A stretch of 52,312 bases of DNA from Chiloscyllium plagiosum (taxonomy: Eukaryota): contig NC_057750.1 in the NCBI RefSeq assembly GCF_004010195.1, positions 6,512,898-6,565,209 on the forward strand, read 5' to 3'. The translations under genes were made by a program, and so were the position numbers. This document shows positions 35,272 to 47,820 of the stretch, piece by piece. Position 1 is the stretch's first letter; each line of letters opens with the position of its first letter. The notes beneath the pieces were generated by a model. That model worked only from the letters and a program-made list of their open reading frames with translations. It was not told the origin of the DNA and made no database searches.

Positions 35272-36757
35272 TGACAATTTAGCATGGCCAATCCACCCTA
35301 ACCTGCACATCCCTGGGCACTATGGGACAATTTAGCATGGCCAATCCACCCTAACCTGCACATCNNNNNNNNNNNNNNNNNNNNNNNNNNNNNNNNNNNN
35401 NNNNNNNNNNNNNNNNNNNNNNNNNNNNNNNNNNNNNNNNNNNNNNNNNNNNNNNNNNNNNNNNNNNNNNNNNNNNNNNNNNNNNNNNNNNNNNNNNNNN
35501 NNNNNNNNNNNNNNNNNNNNNNNNNNNNNNNNNNNNNNNNNNNNNNNNNNNNNNNNNNNNNNNNNNNNNNNNNNNNNNNNNNNNNNNNNNNNNNNNNNNN
35601 NNNNNNNNNNNNNNNNNNNNNNNNNNNNNNNNNNNNNNNNNNNNNNNNNNNNNNNNNNNNNNNNNNNNNNNNNNNNNNNNNNNNNNNNNNNNNNNNNNNN
35701 NNNNNNNNNNNNNNNNNNNNNNNNNNNNNNNNNNNNNNNNNNNNNNNNNNNNNNNNNNNNNNNNNNNNNNNNNNNNNNNNNNNNNNNNNNNNNNNNNNNN
35801 NNNNNNNNNNNNNNNNNNNNNNNNNNNNNNNNNNNNNNNNNNNNNNNNNNNNNNNNNNNNNNNNNNNNNNNNNNNNNNNNNNNNNNNNNNNNNNNNNNNN
35901 NNNNNNNNNNNNNNNNNNNNNNNNNNNNNNNNNNNNNNNNNNNNNNNNNNNNNNNNNNNNNNNNNNNNNNNNNNNNNNNNNNNNNNNNNNNNNNNNNNNN
36001 NNNNNNNNNNNNNNNNNNNNNNNNNNNNNNNNNNNNNNNNNNNNNNNNNNNNNNNNNNNNNNNNNNNNNNNNNNNNNNNNNNNNNNNNNNNNNNNNNNNN
36101 NNNNNNNNNNNNNNNNNNNNNNNNNNNNNNNNNNNNNNNNNNNNNNNNNNNNNNNNNNNNNNNNNNNNNNNNNNNNNNNNNNNNNNNNNNNNNNNNNNNN
36201 NNNNNNNNNNNNNNNNNNNNNNNNNNNNNNNNNNNNNNNNNNNNNNNNNNNNNNNNNNNNNNNNNNNNNNNNNNNNNNNNNNNNNNNNNNNNNNNNNNNN
36301 NNNNNNNNNNNNNNNNNNNNNNNNNNNNNNNNNNNNNNGGCCAATCCACCCTAACCTGCACATCCCTGGGCACTATGGGACAATTTAGCACGGCCAATCC
36401 ACCCTAACCTGCACATCCCTGGGCACTATGGGACAATTTAGCACGGCCAATCCACCCTAACCTGCACATCCCTGGGCACTATGGGACAATTTAGCACGGC
36501 CAATCCACCCTAACCTGCACATCCCTGGGCACTATGGGACAATTTAGCACGGCCAATCCACCCTAACCTGCACATCCCTGGGCACTATGGGACAATTTAG
36601 CACGGCCAATCCACCCTAACCTGCACATCCCTGGGCACTATGGGACAATTTAGCACGGCCAATCCACCCTAACCTGCACATCCCTGGATACTATGGGACA
36701 ATTTAGCATGGTCAATCCACCCTAACCTGCACATCCCTGGACACTATGGGGCAATTG
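35272..36757 (-). repeat. HE1-derived 53-bp minisatellite spanning an assembly gap (N at 35365-36338)
   Basis: About 2 units before and about 8 nearly identical units after the gap (ggccaatccaccctaacctgcacatccctgggcactatgggacaatttagcac). Confidence 0.9.
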
Positions 36758-37279
36758 TAGTGCAGAAGAAGACCATTTGGCCCATCATACCCCTCCTGGC
36801 TCCTTGGAAGGGCTCTCCGATCCTCTTTCCCAATAACTCTACAATTTCTTGTTCCTTTCCAATCTATTTATTCCTCTTGAAACTTCCGATTGTACATGTT
36901 TCCACTGCCTGCCCCCCCCCCCCCCCCCCCCCCCACTGCAGCACTGACTCGATCATAACAACTCACTGTTTTGAAAAATAATGTCCTTTGCCAATTCTGT
37001 TTCCTGTGGTTGTCAACACTCCTTCCCAGTCAATACAGTTTCTCCCAATTCTCTCCACTGGGTAAGTCTGAAAACCTTCCCTTCGCCCGCTGTGCTCCCA
37101 GTTTCTCCAATCTCTTCACCGCGCTGAAGTCCCGAAAAATCTCCTCCCACACTCCCTCAGAACTCGTTGACCTTGCAAACGCTCAGAATTGGACATGACC
37201 TTGTGACTGAGGCTTAACGAGAGCCTTTCCTAAGTCTTTGCATTTACAGAGGCCATCCTGACCAGGGTTTCTCAAATTA

Positions 37280-37565
37280 AGCTAATTCCATTTTCCTGCG
37301 TTTGGCTCATATCCCTCTAAACCTTTCCTATCCATGTACCTGCCCAAATGTCTTTTAAATGATATAATTGTGTCCACCTCCACCACTTCCTCTGGCAGCT
37401 CACCACAGACACGCACCACCCTCTGCGTGAAAAAGTTGCCCCTTGCGTCCCTTTTAAATCATTCCCCCCTCAACCTATATCCTCTAGTTTTGGGCTCCTG
37501 GGGAAATGATTTTGGCTATCCACACCCCTCATGATTTTCTAAATCTCTATAAGGTCACCCCTCAG
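37280..37565 (-). mobile_element. CR1-clade LINE 3' fragment
   Basis: Reverse complement of GNFFTQRVVRVCGELPEEVVE. Confidence 0.75.
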
Positions 37566-37975
37566 GCCCACGTCTCAGGGATGATTGACAAGACCCTTCC
37601 ACCATGACAGGGCGGGGTATAGGCCTGAATGTGGAGTTAAGGCTGAAATGGGCTGAATACTCTAGTATTGCTCCAGATGCGTATGTTGACACCGTCTCCG
37701 GTGCCTCTATCATCTTTTTCTAACTTGATAACCAGAACCGGTGCAGACAACGTGTTCTATTGACCCCTTGTGTGGTTTAATTAATCACAGGATGAGGGCG
37801 TCGCTGGCTGGGTCAGCCCATCTCTAATTGCCCAGGGGGCAGTTAAGAGTCAACCACGTTGGCTGTGGGTCAGAAGTCACATGTAGGCCAGACCAGGTAA
37901 GGGCAGCGGATTTCCTCCCTCAAGAACATTAGTGAACGAGATGGGGTTTTCCCAAAGATTGTGTCACGGTTATCT

Positions 37976-38588
37976 TGTGATGATGTTTCTTGTTTAACGA
38001 GGTTATGTTGTCCTTTGGTTTTTTTTTCCAAAGGGGGTTGTAAAAGACAGAGGTTCTGGTTTGTCTGGGACTAGACCACTTTGATTATGGCTAACAGATA
38101 CTGCCAAAGGCAACATGGAGGGAAAAGGGCTTTTCGATTTCTTTTAAAAACACTTCTACAATGGCCAGTTCCCCCAGCTCAGGGATTTTTCTGGTTTGGT
38201 TTGGGTTTTTAGCTGGGGACTCAAAGAAACAGCTACAGGGTAAAGAGATTCCGTGCTGATTATCTCTCTGACATCTCTCTTGTAAGAACCTGTGTTTGAA
38301 TTTTTTTGCGAATGGGGATGTTTATGGAGGTGTTGCAGGAAATGGGAACAGCATCCTTACATTGCAATAGAGTCGGTCGGGTTTTCGGATTGGTTAAGTT
38401 ATTCGATATACCACTCTCTTTTCTTTGTGTTTCATTGAGGAGCCTGTAAATGAATTCTGTTTTGTTTAAAACTGAGGGGTTTGACCAGCTGCATCTCACC
38501 TGGAATATCCACCTGACACCTGCTTAAAACAACAAGCAAAATTAGGGTCTGGGGCTACCTTCCTGAAATGTTTTGACGGTCTATAACA
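37976..38588 (+). mobile_element. Solo-LTR-like element inserted into a tRNA-derived SINE
   Basis: Begins TGTGAT and ends ATAACA (TG...CA, short imperfect inverted termini); the flanks 37790-37975 and 38589-38715 join into one reverse SINE copy. Confidence 0.55.
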
Positions 38589-38877
38589 CTGTTAGTTCCA
38601 GATTTTTTATTGAATTCAGATTTCACCATCTGCTGAACCTAGGACCCCAGAACATTACCAGGGTCTCTAGATGAATGGTTTCCCTGCTAATACCACTAGG
38701 CTATTGCCTCCCCAGTAAGGTGGGTTTAGGGATTTGTTGCTCTGTGTTTTGATATATGTTCAGCTCCGCACAACAGAAATGTTATGGTGCAGATGGAGGC
38801 CATTTGGTCCATCACACCTGCACCTGCTCTCCCACTGAGCACCGTGCTCCTTGCTTTCTCCCCCACCCTCTTCACAG

Positions 38878-39410
38878 GTTCCCTACAGCGTGAAAGCAGG
38901 CTGTTCAGCCAATCGAGACCACACTAACCCTCCGAAGAGCGTCTCACCCAGATGCACCATCAAGCCTGTCAATAGCTAACCCACCCAAACCTGCACATCC
39001 CTGGGCACCATGGGACAATTTAGCATGGCCAATCCACCCTAACCTGCACATCCCTGGGCACTCTGGGACAATATAGCATGGCCAATCCACCCTAACTTGT
39101 ACATTCCTGGACATTACGGGACAATTTAGCATGGCCAATCCACCCTAACCTGCACATCCCTGAACACTATGGGACAATTTAGCACGGCCAATCCACGCTA
39201 ACCCGTACATTCCTGGGCACTACGGGACAATTTTGCATGGCTAATCCACTCTAAACTGCACATTTTTGGTCTGTGGGGGTAAACTGGAGCACCCAGAGGA
39301 AACCCACCCAGAGAACGTGCAGACTCCGCACAGACAGTCACCTGAGGCTGGAATCGAACCCGGGTCCCTGGGGCTATGAGGCAGCAGTGTTAACCACTGA
39401 GCCACTGTGC
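38878..39410 (-). mobile_element. HE1 SINE with about 5 copies of the 53-bp unit
   Basis: Head at about 39350-39410, repeats at 38985-39265. Confidence 0.85.
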
Positions 39411-40339
39411 TTTTCCCCAACTTGCAGTCTGGGGCGTAGATGCTGTCAATTCCTTTAACTGGGAAGTAGCAGGTGTGAGGCGAGCAATTTTAACGACGGG
39501 ATAGCACGGTTTACATTCCAGTCAAGCATTGCGCTGGAGCTAAAACGGTCGCAAGAAAGAGGAATATTTCCAACCCGCAAAGAGAAAAGGAATTTCCCCG
39601 ACTCCTACACAAGCATGGTGTGTGACACAGAACCATCTGTCTTGTGAATTCTTTTGTGTAAGTTTATCATCGCTGTAACTAAGGAAATTGCTGATTAGAG
39701 GCTACATTTAGTCTAAAGGGAGGGGATCCGACCTGGTGAATAAATGGCTAACGTTCCACAAAGACATCACGGCAAGGTTGAGTTTTGCTTTCCAGTCACT
39801 TGCCCATTGACATTAAACAAACCCCACTGTCATCGTAAAGAGACGCATAGATCCTCTTCAGAAGAGGAGTCGCAGCCAACACACTTTGGAAGCTGAAGAA
39901 TGAGGGCGGAGCTCGTGAACCTGAATTTGCGTAGCACCTGTCACAGCCCTCAAGCCGTCCCAGGGCCCCCAGCAGCACTTGTGATATGCTCCGCCAGGAT
40001 CACCAACCAGCAAGCTCCCTGCAGCCAGCAATGCGGTCATGATTGGATAATCTTCCCTGAACTAATGTTTGTTTTCAGCTGGGACACCTGGGAAGAACTC
40101 CCCTGCTCTCCTTCTGAAAGAAAGAACAGGTCAAGGGGGTGTCATTTACACCGAGGGGTGAGCCAAGGCCTGGGTGTGAGATAGGGCACTCCCTCAGTCC
40201 AGCCCTTCTGCTCGATCAGCTCCCTCACGACGGCACTGGGAGAGTCTGTCCAGGGCTCTGGACCTTGTAGTTGATTAAAGTGTGTAAGAGGCTCCTGTGG
40301 TGCAGCGTCCCTACCTCTGAGCCAAGAGGCCTGAGTTCA

Positions 40340-41015
40340 GCTATGATGTTGCCTAGTAGGGAGGGAAGGTCTTATGAGGAAAGGCTGAGGGACTTGAGGC
40401 TGTTTTTTTGTTAGAGAGAAGAAGATTGAGAGGTGACCTAATTGATTCTAGATCAGAGTGGTGCTGGAAAAGCACAGCAGTTCAGGCAGCATCCGAGGAG
40501 CAGGCAGATCGACGTTTCGGGCAAAAGCCCTTCTATTCCTGATGAAGGGCTTTTGCCCAAAATGTCTATTTTCCTGCTCCTCGGATGCTGCCTGAACTGC
40601 TGTGCTTTTCCAGCACCACTCTAATCCAGAATCTGGCTTCCAGCATCTGCAGTTATTGTTTTTACCGTGGTGACTTAATAGAGACATACAAAATAATCAG
40701 AGGGCTAGATAGGGTGGACAGGGAGAGCCTTTTTCCTCGGATGGTGATGGCTAGCACAAGGGGATATGGGTTTAAATTGAGGGGTGATAGATATAGGACG
40801 GATATCAGAGGTCAGCTCTTTACTCAGAGAGTAGTAGGGGTGTGGAATGGCCTGCCTGCAACAGTAGTAGACTCACCAACTTTAAGGGCATTTAAATGGT
40901 CATTGGATAGGCATTTGGATGAGAATGGAATAGTGTAGGATAGATGGGCTTCAGATTGGTTCCATAGGTCGGAGCAACATCGAGGGCCTGTACTGTGCTG
41001 AAATGTTCTATATTC
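40340..41015 (+). mobile_element. CR1 3' fragment interrupted by a fold-back Penelope-like element (about 40447-40665)
   Basis: YEERLRDLRLF..RRLRGDL | palindromic insert | GDLIETYKIIRGLDRVDRESLFPRM. Confidence 0.8.
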
Positions 41016-41221
41016 TAACAGTGACAGGTTGGTTAGAAAATAGTTTCACACTCACTGTTGGCTCTGTGTAAAGGAGACCATCAGTTGGAATTGAGACCAG
41101 GGAGACTGCATTTTGAACAAAAGGTAAAACCCATGGACTCGAGGGGCCAAATGGCCTCTGACAGTGACCCTAAGTTTCATAGAAGGATACACCTGTTTTG
41201 GGAAACATTGAATGGACCTCT

Positions 41222-41760
41222 GAGCTGAAAATGTGTTGCTGGAAAAGCGCAGCAGGTCAGGCAGCATCCAAGGAGGAGGAGAATCGACGTTTCGGGCATG
41301 AGCCTTTCTTCAGGGCTCCCCTATCAGCGTTCCGAACCTCCCCTCCCCTATCAGCGTCCTGAAAAGACCACTCCCTCCGTGACTCCCTTGTCAGGTCCAC
41401 ACCCCCCACCAACCCAACCTCCACTCCCGGCACCTTCCCCTGCAACCGCAAGAAATGCATAACCTGCGCCCACACCTCCCCCCTTACTTCCCTCCAAGGC
41501 CCCGGGATCCTTCCATATCCACGACAAATTCACCTGCACCTCCACACACATCATCTATTGCATCCGCTGCACCCGATGTGGCCTCCTCTATATTGGGGAG
41601 ACAGGTCGCCTACTTGCGGAACGTTTCAGAGAACACCTCTGGGACACCCGGACCAACCAACTCAACCACCCCGTGGCTCAACACTTCAACTCCCCCTCCC
41701 ACTCCACCAAGGATATGCAGGTTCTTGGACTCCTCCATCGCCAGACCATAGCAACACGCT
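41222..41760 (+). mobile_element. Penelope-like element: inverted terminal repeat followed by the GIY-YIG endonuclease fragment
   Basis: PGTFPCNRKKCITCAHT..FTCTSTHIIYCIRCTRCGLLYIGETGRLLAERFREHLWDTRTNQLNHPVAQHFNSPSH. Confidence 0.9.
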
Positions 41761-41954
41761 GATTTCCAGCCCAGCCCCGTCTGAACGTTGGGCTTTTCAA
41801 TACGGTCACCTTTCCTTTTCCTCAATGTCGTCTCGTAAGACAGTCCCTCCGTACCTGGGGTCAGCTCAGTGAACCTTCCCTGGGCTACCTCGTAAGAGAT
41901 GGGAGCAGAATTAGGCCATTCAGCCCATTGAGTCTGCTCCATCATTCAACCGTG

Positions 41955-42255
41955 ATTAGGTTAGAATCCCTACAGTGTGAAAACAAGCCCTTTGGCCCAA
42001 CCAGTCCACACTGACCCTCTGAAGAGTAATGCAGCCAAACCCATTTCCCTCTGACTAATGCACCTAACACTATGGGCAAGTTAGCATGGCCAATCCACCC
42101 TAACCTGCACATCTTTGGATTGTGGGAGGAAACTGGAGCACCCGGAGGAAATCCACGCAGACACGGGGAGAATGTGCAACCCGAGGCTGGGATTGAACCC
42201 GGGTCCCTGGCGCTGGGAGGCAGCAGTGCTGACCACTGAGCCACCGTGCTGCCCC
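41955..42255 (-). mobile_element. Full-length HE1 SINE (single unit), inside a CR1 3' fragment
   Basis: Head gggcagcacggtggctcagtggtcagcactgctgcc on the - strand, V-domain and tail. Confidence 0.9.
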
Positions 42256-42994
42256 AACCGTGGCGTGTTTCTTAACCCCATTCTCCAGCCTTCCCCGCCC
42301 CTCATAACCCTCAACCCTCCTTGCTAATCAAGAACATGCCTGTCTCTGTCTTAAAGACACTCAATGGCCTGGCCTCCACAGCCCCCCTGCAGCAATAGAT
42401 TCCACAGATTCCCCACGCTCTGGCTGAAGAAACGCATCCAATGAAACTGCCTGATAGCCAAGAGCTTCAGTCGCAGTAGGTTGTAGCTTGTTACTTGTAA
42501 AGGAACAACGTGTGGGGTCAGAGGGAAAAGGCAGGAGAGGTGCATTGCTCCTTTGGAGAGCTGGCATCCAGACAATGGGCTGAATGGCCTCTTTCTGCCC
42601 TGGTAAACGGCTATGATTCACAAAGACTTTGTGTTTAAAAAAAAACGCACAATCTTTTGACTATCCCTGGTGACGTGTCTGACAGCGTCATGGTGGAGAT
42701 CCTGTTCCATTGCTGGAGTTGACAAGTCTTCCCGCAAAAAGAACCGTTTTGGTGGTGTTTGTCTCAACGTCCTTCCTCAGGAACATGCTCCACGATTCTT
42801 TATGTGAAACTGCCGCACTCACTTCCCTTCGTCTGTTACAAGCCTGCGTCCAATGGGATTGGGAGCAGGAAATAATTTGTCTGAATCATCTTTATGTCAA
42901 TTCCCTTAATGATCCTTAAAAAAAAAACCTTTTACTCGAAACAAACCCAATTTCCTGAATTGCTCAAAGTGGAGTTGCAGGTAGACAGTGTAGG

Positions 42995-43210
42995 AGTGGA
43001 GAGTGTGGTGCTGGAAAAGCACAGCATCCGAGGGGCAGGGGGAATCAACATTTCGGGCATAAGCCCTTCATCAGGACATGATTCCTGATGAAGAGCTTTT
43101 GCCCGAAACGTCGATTCTCCTGCTCCTCGGATGCTGCCTGACCTGCTGTGCTTTCCCAGCACCACACTCTAGACTCTGATCTCCAGCATCTGCCGTCCTC
43201 ACCGTCTCCC
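42995..43210. mobile_element. Fold-back Penelope-like terminal element with two opposed hammerhead motifs
   Basis: tttcgggcataagcccttcatcagg..attcctgatgaagagcttttgcccgaaacgtcg. Confidence 0.7.
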
Positions 43211-43970
43211 AGGATAGTGAAGAAGGTGCGTGGCACACTTGCCTTCATTGGTCAGTGCATTGAGTACAGGAGTTGGGATGTCGTGTTGAGGCTGTACAGG
43301 ACACTGGTGAGAATGCTTTTGGAATACTGCGTTCAGCTCTGGTCTCCCTGCTGGTGGAAAGATGTTGTGAAACTAGAAAGGGTTCTGAAAAGATTTACAA
43401 AGATGATGCCAGGGTTGGAGGATTTGAGCTACAGGGAGAGGCTGAACAGGCTGGGGCTGTTTTCTCTGGAGCGTTAGAGGCTGAGGGGTGACTTTATAGA
43501 GGAGCATGGATAGGATAAATAGACAAAGTGTTTTCCTGGGATTGGGGAGTCCAGAACTAGAGGGCATAGGTTTAGGGTGAGAGGGGGAAAGATATAAAAG
43601 AGACCTAAGGGGCAACATTTTCACACAGAGGGTGGTACGTGTATGGAATGAGCTGCCAGAGGAAGTGGTGGAGGCTGGTACAATTGCAACATTTAAGAGG
43701 CATCTGGATGGGTATATGAATAGGAAGGGTTTGGAGGGATATGGGCCAAATGCTGGCAAATAGAGTCATAGAGTCATAGAGCTGTACAGCACAGAAACAG
43801 ACCCTGGTCCATGCCGACCAGATATCCCAACCCAATCTAGTCCCACCTGCCAGCACCCGGCCCATATCCCTCTATGTTGGGATTAGATTAGGTTGGGATA
43901 TGTGGTTGGCATGGATGAGTTGGACCGAAGGGCCTGTTTCCGTGCTGTACAGCTCTAAGACTCTATGACA
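43210..43970 (+). mobile_element. HER1-like CR1 LINE 3' part (about 750 bp) with an inverted tail inserted at about 43762-43872
   Basis: LYRTLVRMLLEYCVQLWSP..LERVLKRFTKMMPGLEDLSYRERLNRLGLFSLE. Confidence 0.9.
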
Positions 43971-44447
43971 TAAGTCCCTCATTCCCTTCTCCTCCAACCT
44001 CTCTCCCTCCAATTTCCACTTCTTGAACATCTCCCTTTGGCAGGTGAAGTCTGGACCCGTACACCACTCACTTTACCAAGCAGTGATTTCCAAAGCCATT
44101 TCACATCACATGTAAAAGTATGTCTTTGTCCAAGTTATCTCTGGTCCTTTGACCAGTCAAATCTGCACCCTCGGGCTCCCAGCTGAAAGGGACATTCCCT
44201 CATTGTAACCCCTTTGCGATTTTGAACGCTTTCACCTCGTCTCGGTCTCTCACCCTCCCTGCTATCACTACCTCACCACTTTCTCCCCTCTCCCCATCCA
44301 AACCCTCCCCTACCCCCTTTATTGAGAGTTCCCCCTACCCTCACTTCCAGTCCGAAGAAGGGTCAATACCCAAACCGTTGACTTCTCCACCTCCTGATGC
44401 TGCCTGGCTTGCTGTGTTCTTCCAGCCTCCTGCTTGTCTACTTAAAG

Positions 44448-44790
44448 GATTCATTAACAGGACTACGATGTCGCTGGCCAAGCCAGCATTTATTGCCCAT
44501 CCCTAATTACCCCAGAGGGCAGTTAAGAGCCAACCCTAATGCTGTGGGTCTGGAGTCACGTGTAGGCCCAGACCAGGTAAGGATGGCAGTTTCCTTCCCT
44601 AAAGGACATTAGTGAACCAGCTGGGTTTTTCCAACAATCGACAACAGATTCATGGTTATCATTAGACTCTTAATTCCAGATTTTAAAAAATAACTGAAAT
44701 AAAATTCCACCATCTGCCATGGCAGGATTTGAACCTATGCCCCTAGGACAATGGCCCATTGATAACACCACTAGACTATCACCTCCCCAT
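44448..44790 (-). mobile_element. tRNA-derived SINE, second family, near full length
   Basis: Reverse complement of 50588-50920; A and B boxes ctagtggt / ggttcaaatcc. Confidence 0.7.
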
Positions 44791-44875
44791 GTGGAGGGGG
44801 GAGTGTAGAAAGAGAAACACAGATAACGTTTTCACAACAGTGCTGAAGAAGGCTCACTGGACCCCAAGTGTTAAC

Positions 44876-46375
44876 CATAAGACCATAAGACATAGGAGCA
44901 GAAATTAGGCCATTCAGCCCATTGAGTCTGCTCCGCCATTTAATCATGGCTGATACGTTTCTCAATCCCATTCTCCCACTTGCTCCCCATACCCTCGATC
45001 CCCTTAATACTCAGGAACCTATCTATCTCAGTCTTAAATATCCCCAATGACCCGGCCTCCACATCCTTCTGTGACAGTGAAATCCACACATTCCCCACTC
45101 TCTGGCTGAAGACGTTTCTCCTTATCTCCATTCTAAAGGGTCTTCCCTTCACTCTAAGGCTGTGTCCTTGGGTCCGAGTCTCTCCTACCAACAGAAACAT
45201 CTTCCCAACATCTATTGAGTCCAGGCCATTCAGTATTCTGTATGTTTCAATCAGACCCCTACCCCCATCCTTCTAAACTCCGTCGAGTATAGACCCAGAG
45301 TCCTCAAACGTTCTTCATATGTTAAGCTTCTCATTCCTGGGACCATTCTTGTGCACCTCCTCTGAACATGCTCCAGGGCCAGTACATTCTCCCTGAGACA
45401 TGGGGCCCAAACTGCGCACAATACTCCAAATGTGGTCTGACCAGAGTCTTATAGAGCCTCAGAGGTACATCCCTGCTTTTATATTCAAGTCCTCTAAAGG
45501 TAAACACCATCATTGCATTTGGCTTCCTAACTACTGACACAACCTGTAAGTTTACCTTGAGACACTCCGGACTAGAACTCCCAAGTCTCTTTGCACTTCA
45601 GACTTCTGAATTTTCTCACCATTTAGAAAATAGTCCATGCCTCTATTCTTCCTACCAAAGTGCATGACCTCATACTTTCCCACGTTGTACTCCATCTGCC
45701 ACTTCTTTGCCCAATCTCCTAATCTGTCCAAATCCTCCCAGTTTCCTCAATGCTACCTCTCCCTTGACCTATCTTTGTATCATCTGCAAACTGAGCCAGA
45801 ATGCCCCCAGTTCCTTCATCTGGATCGTTAATGTATGAAGTGAAAAGTTATGGTCCCAACACAGCCTTGCAGAACACGACTTGGCACCAGCTGCCATCCT
45901 GAGAAGGACCCTCTGCTCTCTGCCAAACAGCCAAGCTTCTCTCCATGCTAGCACCTTTTGCGTCTGACACCATGGGCCCTGACCTTACCCAGCAGCCTCC
46001 TGTGTGGCACCTTGTCAAAGACCTTCTTGAAGTCCAGGTAGATAACATCCATTGGCTCTCCTTGGTCTAACCTCCTTGTTACTTCCTCAAAGAATTCTAA
46101 CAGATTTGTCAGGCATGACCTCCCCTTGATGAAACCATACTGACGTTGCCCTATTTTACCACACACTTCCAAGTATTCAGAAACCTCAGCCTTCACGATG
46201 GATTCCAGGATCTTACCCTGAGGTTAGGCTAATTGGTCTACTGCTTTACCCCCTTTTTTTAAACAGGAGAGTCAATTGAGTGATTGTCCAGTCCTCTGGG
46301 ACCCTCCCTGTTTCTAACGATTCCTGAAAGATCACTGCTAACACCTCCGCTACCTCTTCAGCTACCTCCCTTCAA
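44876..46375 (-). mobile_element. CR1-clade LINE, about 1.5 kb, containing the RT domain (frameshifted)
   Basis: QYGFIKGRSCLTNLLEFFEEVT..DVIYLDFKKVFDKVPHRRLL; LYKTLVRPHLEYCAQF; (cttatggt)n tail at 44876-44890. Confidence 0.92.
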
Positions 46376-46880
46376 ACTCTGACCTTTTCTCCCTGCAGAG
46401 ATTGCCTGACCTGCTGAGTTTCTCTGAGTTTGCTTCTTCGTCATCTCTGCCTTAAGTTGGAGATTCCTGAGTCATAAACCCTGTGCGAACAGCCCCAACA
46501 TTCCACGCAAGTCATCCCTGGAGCAGTAGCGGAGAATCGCGACAGGAGGCTGTCTGGGATACAAGAATTTTATTTCAATGTTGCATTCCTGAATTTACAC
46601 AATCTTGGTGATTACATCAGAACTTCCCCAGGATTTCCCTTGCAGTCTATAAATATATCCGTAATGTCTTCCACTGGAGACAGTGTCTGGAAGGCACAGT
46701 CCATCCATGAGTCTCACTGTGGTTTGATGAGTCTTCGAGACTCGCGTCAATGAAGTGTGGGTTGGGACTCCCCCAGCGGCTGAAGACTATGGCCCTTCGC
46801 TTGGCGGATGTGGACGTTGGGCGACGTTTAGCCTCCAACGCCCACCTCGACCCGATCGGGGCAGACGTGGAACTGCCGGA

Positions 46881-46946
46881 CTGCGCATGACCTTTGACCT
46901 TGCTCCCGGGGCCGTTCAGCTTGACTGCTGCTCTGTGTCACGTGAC
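46881..46946. promoter_or_regulatory. Candidate regulatory motif cluster (DR1 plus palindromic E-box)
   Basis: TGACCT-T-TGACCT at 46888-46900, GTCACGTGAC at 46937-46946 and TGCGCATG at 46882-46889, in CpG-enriched unique sequence. Confidence 0.35.
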
Positions 46947-46968
46947 CCAAGGGCACTCCCCTGTCATT

Positions 46969-47820
46969 GAGTCATAGAGATGTACAGCACGGAAACAGAC
47001 CCTTCGGTCCAACCCGTCCATGCTGACTAGATATCCCAACCCAATCTAGTCCCACCTGCCAGCACCCAGCCCATGTCCCTCCAAACCCTTCCTATTCATG
47101 TACCCATCCAAATGCCTTTTAAATATTGCAATTGTACCAGCCTCCACCACTTCCTCTGGCAGCTCATTCCATACACGTACCAGCCTCTGTGTGAAAAAGT
47201 TGCCTCTTAGGTCTCTTTTATATCTTTCCCCTCTCACCCTAAACTTGTCAGAGGTGCACAGGGATCTCCCTGTGCTCGGACGGGTTGTAGCTGGAACTGT
47301 GTGGCCTTTATGAGGCCATTCAGCCTATAGGTTCCATAAAACCATCGGCTTTAGGAGCAGATGTAGGCCGCTCAGCCCATCTAATCCACTCTGCCATTCC
47401 GACGTAGTTAATATGTTTCTCAACCCCATTCTCCCAGTAACCCCTTGATCCCCTTATCACTCAACTCTGTCTTAAAGATACTCAATGGCTTGGCCTCCAC
47501 AGCCCCTGTGTGGCAACAATTCCCCACCCTCTGGCTGAAGAAATGCCTCCTTATCTCAGTTCCCTTCACTCTGAGGCTGTGCCCTGTCTCTCCTACTCAG
47601 GGAGACATCGCTTCCACACCCACTCCATCCAATATACCACCAGATTCAATCAGATTCTCCCCATATCCTTCCAAATTCCATTGTGTGGAGACTTCGAGTC
47701 CTCAACATCATCCCTGGGATCATTCATGTAAACCTCCCTCTGGACACCCTGCAGTACATCCTTCCTGAGATACGGGGCCCCGAGCCGCTCACAATATTCC
47801 AAATGCGGCCCATAGATCTC
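46969..47820 (-). mobile_element. CR1-clade LINE 3' fragments
   Basis: RGERYKRDLRGNFFTQRLVRVWNELPEEVVEAGT; a second decayed copy at 47345-47820. Confidence 0.85.

Noticed and set aside
23640..36397. Long ORFs of 175-424 aa in the ORF track
   Set aside because: They are artefacts of translating through N gaps and microsatellites.
39589..39598. Perfect NF-kappaB motif GGAATTTCCC
   Set aside because: It is a single isolated 10-mer far from any supported promoter and plausibly arises by chance.
24410..46710. Possible extra exons in unique patches (about 24415-24660, 34883-34989, 39796-40060, 46646-46710)
   Set aside because: Splice-like signals exist, but no frame gives a recognisable protein. 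They cannot be supported without RNA data.
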